A stretch of DNA of 64,000 nt from Candidatus Latescibacterota bacterium (GTDB taxonomy: Bacteria; Latescibacterota; UBA2968; UBA8231), in the NCBI GenBank assembly GCA_965261395.1, contig OZ253462.1, positions 5,984,001-6,048,000 on the forward strand, written 5' to 3'. The notes beneath the pieces are model-generated. The model saw only the letters and a program-made list of their open reading frames with translations, was not told where the DNA came from and made no database searches. A program made the position numbers and the translations under genes. Below are positions 56,644 through 64,000 of the stretch, in pieces; position 1 is the stretch's first letter, and the number at the start of each line of letters is the position of its first letter.

Positions 56644-58203
56644 TTGCAGCGTTTTAGCGCCCTCCTGCTCGTCGCCTTGCTCGTCTCTTGCGGCGGAGAG
56701 GAACGCACGCAACACACCTTGGTTTTTGGCCGTGGCTCGGATTCAATCGGGCTAGATCCGGGGATTGAAAACGACGGCGAATCGTTTAAGGTCTGCGACA
56801 ACATCTACGAGACGTTGGTGACCTACGACAGCGCGAGCACGGCTGTAGTGCCGCAGCTAGCGCATTCTTGGGACATCGCGGACGATCAGCTTACGTGGAC
56901 CTTCCATTTGCGCACCGGGGTCCGCTTTCACGACGGCACCCCCTTTAATGCCGAGGCCATGCTGTTTTCGCTCGGGCGGCAGTTTTACAAAGATCATCCC
57001 TTCCACGAGGTCGCCGGCGCGTACAAGTACTGGCAGGCCATGGGCATGGACGACATCGTCGCCGCGCTAGAGGCCCCGGACGACTCGACTTTTGTCATCC
57101 GCCTCAACGAGCCGCATGCCCCCTTTTTGGGGAACTTGGCGATGAACTTCTGTGCGGCCGTCAGCCCCACTGCGGTGGCCCGTTATGGCCGCGATTACTT
57201 CAAAAACCCGGTCGGCACCGGCCCCTTTCGCTTGGTCGAATGGCGCAAGGACGAGCGCATCGTCTTGGAGCGCAACCGCGATTACTGGGGGCCCAAGCCG
57301 CAGCTTGACCGCCTAATTTTCAAGCCTATGCAGGAAGCCTCGGTGCGCTTCTTGGAGCTTTCGCAGGGCACGATCCACGGCTTCGACAATCTAAGCCCTG
57401 AGTACATTGAGCAGATTCGCGCCGATCCCAACCTCCAGCTCTTGACGCAGGCGGGCATGAACATCGGCTACTTGGCCATGAACATGGACAAGAAGCCCTT
57501 CGACGATGTGCGGGTGCGCCGTGCCATAAACCACGCCGTTGATAAGCAGGCTCTCGCGGATAATTTCTACCAGGGCTTGGCCATGCCGGCCAAAAATCCC
57601 ATCCCGCCGACCTTGTGGAGCTACAACGACACTATTGAGGGCTATGGCTATGATCCGGCGAAAGCGCGCGCTTTGCTGGCGGAAGCCGGTTATGCCGACG
57701 GCTTTGAGACCGAGCTGTGGGCCATGCCGGTGCCACGGCCCTATATGCCGCAGCCCGGCAAAATCGCCGAGGCGATTCAGGCCGACCTCAAAAAGGTGGG
57801 CATCCACGCCCGCATTGTCTCTTGGGAATGGGGGACCTACTTGGACAAGGTGTTCGACGGTCAGCATCAGATGGCTTTGTTGGGCTGGACCGGCGACAAC
57901 GGCGACCCGGACAACTTCCTCTACGTGCTCCTCGACTCCACCGCGGCTATCAAGCCCGCCCAGAATATCGCCTTCTACCGCAGTGCCGAGCTGCACGACG
58001 CGCTCGTCGCGGCCCGTCGCTCTACCGACCGCGACGAGCGCACGCGGCTCTACGCCCGGGCGCAGGAAATCGTCCACCGCGACGCGCCTTGGGTTCCCCT
58101 AGTACACGCGACGCAGACGGTGGCTTTCCAGCGCCGCGTCTCTGGCTTCAAGCTGCATCCCACCGGCAGTAAGTGGTTCCACAGCACCGCACTGGCCCCT
58201 TGA
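56644..58203 (+). CDS. ABC peptide transporter substrate-binding lipoprotein (DppA-like)
   Basis: Lipobox LVSC, VRFHDG, PVGTGPF, VRRAINHA, GWTGDNGDPDNF. Confidence 0.92.
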   Translation: MQRFSALLLVALLVSCGGEERTQHTLVFGRGSDSIGLDPGIENDGESFKVCDNIYETLVTYDSASTAVVPQLAHSWDIADDQLTWTFHLRTGVRFHDGTPFNAEAMLFSLGRQFYKDHPFHEVAGAYKYWQAMGMDDIVAALEAPDDSTFVIRLNEPHAPFLGNLAMNFCAAVSPTAVARYGRDYFKNPVGTGPFRLVEWRKDERIVLERNRDYWGPKPQLDRLIFKPMQEASVRFLELSQGTIHGFDNLSPEYIEQIRADPNLQLLTQAGMNIGYLAMNMDKKPFDDVRVRRAINHAVDKQALADNFYQGLAMPAKNPIPPTLWSYNDTIEGYGYDPAKARALLAEAGYADGFETELWAMPVPRPYMPQPGKIAEAIQADLKKVGIHARIVSWEWGTYLDKVFDGQHQMALLGWTGDNGDPDNFLYVLLDSTAAIKPAQNIAFYRSAELHDALVAARRSTDRDERTRLYARAQEIVHRDAPWVPLVHATQTVAFQRRVSGFKLHPTGSKWFHSTALAP

Positions 58204-58206
58204 GCC

Positions 58207-59217
58207 ATGTACCGCTTCGTCCTCCGGCGGCTCATTGCGCTCTTGCCGACGCTGGTGGGGATTTCGCTTTTAGTTTTTCTAATGCTCTACTTGGTGCCGG
58301 GCGACCCGGCCCAAGTCATGCTCGGGGAGCGCGCCAATGCCGAGAGCTTGGCCGAGTTGCGCGCGACCATGGGCCTGGACCAGCCCTTTCACGTGCAGTT
58401 CTACCGCTTCTTCACCGGCCTGCTGCGCGGCGACCTCGGCCGTTCGATTCGCACCCACGAGAAAATCACCACCGAACTCTTCCAGCGCTTCCCGGCCACC
58501 TGTGAGCTAACCGTGGCCAGTATGCTGCTGGCCATGACGGTCGGTATCGCGGCCGGACTGTGGGCCGCGGTGCGGCGGGGCAAGATCGCCGATCTGCTCA
58601 GCATGATTTTGGCCACGGCCGGCATTTCCATTCCCGTATTTTGGCTGGCCCTGATGCTGGTGTTGCTGTTGGCCTTTTACGTGCCGCTCTTTCCGGTGTC
58701 CGGCCGCTTGAGCACGCATATCTACTTTGAGCCGATTACCTATTTCTACGTAATCGACGCCCTCGCACAGGGCGATTTCGCGGCCTGCGGCAACGTGCTG
58801 TGGCACCTCTTCCTGCCGGCCCTGACCTTGGGGACCATTCCCATGGCCGTCATTGCGCGCATGACCCGCGCCAGCCTGCTCGACGTCCTCGGCGAGGACT
58901 ACATCCGCACGGCTTGGGCCAAGGGCTTGCGGCAGCGGGTGGTGATTGTGCGCCACGCCCTGAAAAACGCCTTTATACCCACGCTCACGGTCATTGCGCT
59001 CGAATTTGGCTACCTGCTCGGAGGCGCGGTTATCACTGAGACTATCTTTGCTTGGCCTGGGGTTGGACGCTGGCTCTTTTTGGCGGTGCAAGCGCGCGAC
59101 TTCCGCGCCGTGCAGGGCGGAGTTTTGCTGCTGGCCACGGTCTTCGTACTGGCCAACCTCATCGCCGACATACTCTACGCTTGGCTGGACCCGCGGATCC
59201 GCTACGACGAGGAATAG
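58207..59217 (+). CDS. ABC peptide transporter permease (DppB-like)
   Basis: PGDPA, GDLGRS, DYIRTAWAKGL, ETIFAWPG, DPRIR. Confidence 0.93.
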   Translation: MYRFVLRRLIALLPTLVGISLLVFLMLYLVPGDPAQVMLGERANAESLAELRATMGLDQPFHVQFYRFFTGLLRGDLGRSIRTHEKITTELFQRFPATCELTVASMLLAMTVGIAAGLWAAVRRGKIADLLSMILATAGISIPVFWLALMLVLLLAFYVPLFPVSGRLSTHIYFEPITYFYVIDALAQGDFAACGNVLWHLFLPALTLGTIPMAVIARMTRASLLDVLGEDYIRTAWAKGLRQRVVIVRHALKNAFIPTLTVIALEFGYLLGGAVITETIFAWPGVGRWLFLAVQARDFRAVQGGVLLLATVFVLANLIADILYAWLDPRIRYDEE

Positions 59218-59237
59218 GGGTTGCACAATACCGAGTG

Positions 59238-59286
59238 ACAAAAAAAGTGGAGGTAACGAGCAAGGCCGTTACCTCCACTTTTTTGT
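59238..59286. terminator. Bidirectional rho-independent terminator
   Basis: A-tract-gtggaggtaacg / cgttacctccac-T-tract between convergent genes. Confidence 0.9.
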
Positions 59287-59320
59287 TTAACAGTGCCTAT
59301 ATCGCTGGCACTGAGTCCCC

Positions 59321-61387
59321 TCAGCCACCAGAGGAGGAGATGGTGATGCGCACTATGTCGGCCACAGCCGGATAAGTGAACCCATCGTCCACTAATTGCA
59401 CCGCGCCCCCTTCGTCTGCGCCGGTGTTGGCAGCGGCTTGACGCGGCGCTTGGTTTTCGCCCACGCCCGGCTCCTCGTTGACTTCGGTGCCGGCATCCCA
59501 CAATCCGATCTGAGCGGTGATGTCGTCGCTTATCGGCTGGCCATCGATGAACAGCGCAATGCCGGTTTCATCCGGTGCCAAGAACAGGTCGTTGGATTGC
59601 ACGTACATGGTGGCGAAAGACAGCCGGTCGCCGGGACGGGCCGTGAAGGTGAACTCATAGGCGTTGCCCGGCGTTAGCGGGCCAGGGCCGTCGGCTCCTA
59701 CCGGCGTGGCGAAGACGCCGCTGTTTGTGGGAAGGCTCGCGGCTAGCTGCGCCGGATTGCCATCCTCGGCAAGCGCTTCGAGTCCAGCGCCGCGATCGGG
59801 CTGACCATCGATGAAGAGGGGCGTTCCACCGCGCTGGGCGACCCACGCGCCTGGCGCGAGGAGGGTGCCGATGTTTTCGATCCGCACGGTGAATTGCGCT
59901 GCCACGCGCGGTTCAGCCAAGCCAGCAGCCGGATCGGAAGAGAGGGTCCGCGCGGAAGTGATGGTCACCTCAGAGCTATCGTCGCCGTCGGTATCGCCGT
60001 CGCCGTCGGTATCGCCGTCGCTGTCGGTATCACTGTCGCCGTCAGTATCACCGTCGCCGTCGGTATCACTGTCGCCGTCGGTATCACTGTCGCCGTCAGT
60101 ATCACTGTCGCCGTCGGTATCACTGTCGCCGTCGGTATCACCGTCGCTGTCGGAATCACTGTCGCCGTCGGTATCACCGTCGCCGTCCATGTCACCTGCC
60201 GCCGCGATGATAGAACTGATGTCGTAAGGCACCCCAACGGTAATGGTGCCGCTCAAGGATGGCTCGTCTCCAGACACATCAACCAGAATGTCTAACGATA
60301 CCGCAGCATCGAACGCACCGGAAGCGGTTATCTCGCCAGTTATGGGAATGATCGGGAACTGATCTTTGCCCACGTTCAGGGTGCCGTTGAGCACCAGCAG
60401 CCCGTCGGACGAATAATCCGTTAGCACCCACTCGTTGCCCGCGATGGCCAATGTGCCACTGCTGGTGCCGTCAATCGTCGCCTCATCCGAGGTCAGCGCG
60501 ACCAACAGGGCGTTCTGAAAATAGCTTATCAGCGCATTGGTCAGGGCTAGGACATCGGGTGCTATCGCAGCCTCGGACCCGGTTAGGCCGTCGTCCACGT
60601 CGCCTTCGCCTGTGTCCTCACCTGCGTCTTCCCCTGCTTCTATAAACGCACCGCCTATGGAGGTGACGGTGATACTCACGATGTCGGCCACGGCCGGATA
60701 GGTGAACCCATCGTCCACTAAGCGCACCGTCCCGCCTTCGTCCGCGCCGGTATTGGCACCGGCCTGACGCGGCGCTTGGTTTTCGCCCACGCCCGGCTCC
60801 TCATTGACTTCTGTGCCCGCATCCCACAGGTCGATCTGAGCGGTGATGTCGCCGCTTATCGGCAGGCCGTCGGTGAACAGCTCGATACCGGTCTCGTCTG
60901 GCGCTAAGAACAGGTCGTTGGATTGCACGTACATGGTGGCGAAAGACAGCCGGTCGCCCGGACGGGCAACGAAGGTGAATTCATAGGCGTTGCCCGGCGT
61001 CAGCGGGCCGGGGCTGTCGGCCCCCACTGGCGTGTTGAAAATCCTGCTGTTTGGATGGAGGCTCGCGGCTAGCTGTGCCGGATTGCCGTCTTCGGCGAGT
61101 GCTTCGAGTCCAGCGCCGCGATCGGGCTGGCCATCGGTGAAGAAGGGCGTGCCGCCGCGCTGGGCGACCCACGCGCCTGGAGCGAGGAGGGTGCCGATGT
61201 TTTCGATCCGCACCGTGAATTGCGCTGCCACGCGCGGTTCAGGCAAGCCGGCGGTCGGATCGGAAGAGGCCGTCGCCTTGCCTGCTTTATACGCGGTAGA
61301 TGGGTCTGCGGTGGATGAAAGAGGATCTCGGTCTGCACAGGCGGCGAACAAGACAGCCGCAGCACAGGCGACGTAAAGTAGTTTCAT
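59321..61387 (-). CDS. Lipoprotein with two spondin_N-like domains and an Asp-rich repeat linker
   Basis: Lipobox LFAAC; GLEALAEDG, FATMYVQSNDLF and WDAGTEVNE each twice; near-identical ~590-bp copies 1326 bp apart. Confidence 0.88.
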   Translation of the reverse strand: MKLLYVACAAAVLFAACADRDPLSSTADPSTAYKAGKATASSDPTAGLPEPRVAAQFTVRIENIGTLLAPGAWVAQRGGTPFFTDGQPDRGAGLEALAEDGNPAQLAASLHPNSRIFNTPVGADSPGPLTPGNAYEFTFVARPGDRLSFATMYVQSNDLFLAPDETGIELFTDGLPISGDITAQIDLWDAGTEVNEEPGVGENQAPRQAGANTGADEGGTVRLVDDGFTYPAVADIVSITVTSIGGAFIEAGEDAGEDTGEGDVDDGLTGSEAAIAPDVLALTNALISYFQNALLVALTSDEATIDGTSSGTLAIAGNEWVLTDYSSDGLLVLNGTLNVGKDQFPIIPITGEITASGAFDAAVSLDILVDVSGDEPSLSGTITVGVPYDISSIIAAAGDMDGDGDTDGDSDSDSDGDTDGDSDTDGDSDTDGDSDTDGDSDTDGDGDTDGDSDTDSDGDTDGDGDTDGDDSSEVTITSARTLSSDPAAGLAEPRVAAQFTVRIENIGTLLAPGAWVAQRGGTPLFIDGQPDRGAGLEALAEDGNPAQLAASLPTNSGVFATPVGADGPGPLTPGNAYEFTFTARPGDRLSFATMYVQSNDLFLAPDETGIALFIDGQPISDDITAQIGLWDAGTEVNEEPGVGENQAPRQAAANTGADEGGAVQLVDDGFTYPAVADIVRITISSSGG
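59981..60188 (-). repeat. 18-bp tandem repeat encoding DGD(S/G)DT, about 11-12 units
   Basis: Unit gtcgccgtcggtatcact and variants. Confidence 0.92.
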
Positions 61388-61463
61388 GGGAAATTCTCCT
61401 TGAAAAGGGTTTATGGGTTCCTATTTATAAAGACTCACATAGAAGTTACATAGTTTCAACGAG

Positions 61464-62612
61464 CTACGCCTCACTATAAACCTGCGTCCACGCACCGCTA
61501 TTGTTGGACGATTCTACTGCGGCCGCGACGAATTTCATGCCCGCTACGCCCTCTGCCACGCCCGGGTGCGGAAACGCCGCGGGTACGTCCTGTTCGCCAC
61601 GGCGCGTGCGGATGTGCCGCTCGATGGTGGTGTGGAGGTTGGCGAGGGCCGGGAAGAAGTCTTCGTGGTGTCCCGAGGGCACCCGCAAGTACGAGGCAAC
61701 CGACTCGGGTAGACCAAATTCAGCGCCAATCCAATAGGTAATGTCGCGGCCATCGCCGTGGCGCACTAGCAGGCATTCGGCCCGCTCCTGATGCCATTCG
61801 ATAGAGCCTTTGGTGCCGAAGACGCGGAAGCCGTTGTCGTTGCGGTAGCCAACCGCGATCTGCGTGGCCGTGATCAGCGCGGTGCCGCCGTTTTCCAGTT
61901 CGCCGATCACGTTGAAGTCGTCGTCGAGTACGCGGCCTTCGACAAAAGTGTTGAGCCGCGCCGAGACCTGCTCGACGGCCAGCCCGGTCACCCAAGTCGC
62001 GGCGATGAAGGCGTGCGTACCAATGTCGCCGCCGCAATTGGAAATACCCGTGCGCTCGGGATCGGTGCGCCAAGACGCCTGCTGCTGGCCGGTCTGTTCC
62101 AGTGCCGTGGCCAGCCAGCCCTGATGGTACCAAGAATCCACCTTGCGGACTTGGCCGATCTCGCCGCTTTGGATCATTTCCTTGGCCAGCATCATCATGG
62201 GATGGCCCGTATAGGTATGGGCCAGCACAAAGGGCACAGACTCGCGCTCGACGAGCTGTGCCAAGTCTTCGGCTTCGGCGACCGTCATGGTAATCGGCTT
62301 TTCGCAGAGCACTGGGATGCCGGCCTGCAAAAAGGCTTTGGCTGGTTCGTAGTGGGCGAAGTTGGGGGTGACGATGGTAACGTAATCGAGGGCTTGCTCG
62401 CCGCTTTGCACCGCCGCTAGCAGCGCTTGGTAGGTGGGATAACCCTGGATGCCGTAGTCGTCGGCAGCGAGCAGCGCCGCCTCGGGGCTAGAGCGCAGCG
62501 CGCCGGCGACCAATTCGCGGCTGGCGTCGAGCGCAATGGCGCGGTTGTGGACCATGCCGAAAAAAGAATCGGGGCCACCGCCGCCGATCATGCCTACTTT
62601 GAGTTTGCTCAT
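61464..62612 (-). CDS. Gfo/Idh/MocA family oxidoreductase
   Basis: GMIGGG, IVTPN, VLCEKP, GDIGTHA; RBS ggag before ATG 62612. Confidence 0.92.
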   Translation of the reverse strand: MSKLKVGMIGGGGPDSFFGMVHNRAIALDASRELVAGALRSSPEAALLAADDYGIQGYPTYQALLAAVQSGEQALDYVTIVTPNFAHYEPAKAFLQAGIPVLCEKPITMTVAEAEDLAQLVERESVPFVLAHTYTGHPMMMLAKEMIQSGEIGQVRKVDSWYHQGWLATALEQTGQQQASWRTDPERTGISNCGGDIGTHAFIAATWVTGLAVEQVSARLNTFVEGRVLDDDFNVIGELENGGTALITATQIAVGYRNDNGFRVFGTKGSIEWHQERAECLLVRHGDGRDITYWIGAEFGLPESVASYLRVPSGHHEDFFPALANLHTTIERHIRTRRGEQDVPAAFPHPGVAEGVAGMKFVAAAVESSNNSGAWTQVYSEA

Positions 62613-62692
62613 GGAATTCTCTCCCCAAAATGTATTATTGAAGTACTCTTTTAAGTACGCATGAGGGCCTAAAGCTGTCAAACGATGCGGTG

Positions 62693-64000
62693 CTATTTGA
62701 GCAGCACCATCGGCCGTGCTTGATAGAAGGGCCCAGCGGCGAACCAATAGAAATAAATACCCGTCGCCACAGCGCTACCCCGGTCGTCTTGGCCATCCCA
62801 AGTCACCCAGTGCGTCCCCGCCGCCTGCGTCGCATGGACAAGTTGGCGCACCGGCTGGCCGATGGCGTTGAATACGGTCAGCCGCACCCGCGCCTCCCGC
62901 GGCAAGCGATAGGCAATTTTCGTCTCTGCGTTGAAGGGATTCGGGAAACTGTGCAAAAGCGCGAAGGCCTCCGGCAACGCGGTCGGCGCACCAGCCACGA
63001 CGATCGCGAAGGTATCCCGCCACATCGGGACGCCGTCTTTTTCGACGCGTACTGCAAATTCTACTTCAGCTCCGGGCGCGGCCTCCTCACTCAGGGTCAG
63101 GCCTTGGCCGAAGAAGAAGACATCCTTTTCGCCTGGGGGAAAGGAAAGAGTGCGCGAGCGGCCAACACCGCTGGACGGATGCAGCAGCGGGTCATCCCAC
63201 TCGATAAAGGTACGCACATTGGTGAAAAAGGTTAGTGGCAAGCGATTTTCGACCTTCAGGGCTAGTGGGATCCGCACCCCCGGCGCAAAGATGCCGCGGC
63301 CAGCGGCTTCTTCGGTTTGTGCAGAGAGAAAGCCCCGAATCACCAAATTTTCCGCCGCAGGTGCCCCTTCGACCACTAGGCCGCGCACCGCGTCAACAAT
63401 CTCGTAGTTGCCGATGGGAAAGGTCAGTTCGCTTGTCGGGCTTGGCGCGATAAAAATTCCGGCCCACTCCTCTCCCGGGACCGCGGCCAGAAAGCGCGTA
63501 GTATCGGGACTGACGTGTGGGATATTGGAAATCTGCGAGACTGCGGCCGCGCGGATGACAAAGTCGCCGTGGACGTGAATCTCGGTTCGTTCTGGATCCA
63601 ATCCCATCTGCAAGCGGTCCGATCCGGCCACCCTGATCTGGGTGTTGCGGAAAACCACTAGTCGGCCTTCAGGAGCAACTGTCAGATCGCCATCGATCAG
63701 CACCTCTCCCGCCCAATGCACCTCCTCTCGCAACACCCCGCCCCAGCGCGGCATCACCACATCTAGCGCCAATCCGTCTCCGTCCGTCCGCATATTTTGC
63801 AGTGTTAGGCCCGTGGTAGCTTCGCCGAGTGTCGGCGTAGCCAGCGTCGAGGGGTTGGTCCCGACAGCGAGACGGCGATAGCGCACCCCATCGAATAGAT
63901 CACTCGCGTCGCCGAGATTGCCACCACGAGCACGGGCGTAAGAAGCGTCGTGCGCCCAGAAGTCGAGATTGTCGCGCCCGGCGAAGCGGTCGGACGTCTG
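62693..64000 (-). CDS. C-terminal part of a secreted protein with FlgD-Ig/T9SS-like domain, possibly an M6 (immune inhibitor A) metalloprotease; 5' end outside the window
   Basis: Frame open to the window edge; GNLGDASDLFDG segment recalls M6 proteases; FPNPFN...WDGQD...TGIY C-terminus. Confidence 0.6.
   Translation of the reverse strand, partial: QTSDRFAGRDNLDFWAHDASYARARGGNLGDASDLFDGVRYRRLAVGTNPSTLATPTLGEATTGLTLQNMRTDGDGLALDVVMPRWGGVLREEVHWAGEVLIDGDLTVAPEGRLVVFRNTQIRVAGSDRLQMGLDPERTEIHVHGDFVIRAAAVSQISNIPHVSPDTTRFLAAVPGEEWAGIFIAPSPTSELTFPIGNYEIVDAVRGLVVEGAPAAENLVIRGFLSAQTEEAAGRGIFAPGVRIPLALKVENRLPLTFFTNVRTFIEWDDPLLHPSSGVGRSRTLSFPPGEKDVFFFGQGLTLSEEAAPGAEVEFAVRVEKDGVPMWRDTFAIVVAGAPTALPEAFALLHSFPNPFNAETKIAYRLPREARVRLTVFNAIGQPVRQLVHATQAAGTHWVTWDGQDDRGSAVATGIYFYWFAAGPFYQARPMVLLK

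Noticed and set aside
59981-60188. Possible CRISPR array
   Set aside because: 18-bp head-to-tail coding repeat with no unique spacers.

Overview
High-GC bacterial chromosomal window. FlgD-Ig/T9SS-type C-terminal domains, FG-GAP/ASPIC and spondin proteins suggest an FCB-group organism such as Latescibacterota/Gemmatimonadota (inference only). Core content: ilvC-leuA-leuC-leuD-leuB-cimA-argJ-aminotransferase-accA, a uvrA-like/M24 peptidase/queC/DMFase-like/queF run, a TolC-MlaC/DUF3047-MlaC-MMPL operon, tRNA-Gly(GCC), PBP1A, rlmN, larC and dppA/dppB-like genes. The most striking feature is a recurrent integrase-free cassette architecture: accessory DNA sits at gene boundaries, bracketed by a second, diverged copy of the neighbouring gene's end (leuC 3' end, DMFase-like 3' end, hsdR 5' end), and is littered with stubs of toxin-antitoxin genes. 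A type I R-M island carries a RAYT transposase between hsdM and hsdS and four 28-bp GTAG REP palindromes, one in-frame inside hsdR. Also seen: two Leu-rich leader ORFs absent from the ORF track (before ilvC and before leuA) and an in-frame 37-bp repeat/35-bp spacer/37-bp repeat insertion in a gene that resembles an ectopic CRISPR spacer-acquisition footprint. No CRISPR array, cas gene, integrase or rRNA was seen. All family calls come from motif recognition by eye; no searches were run.
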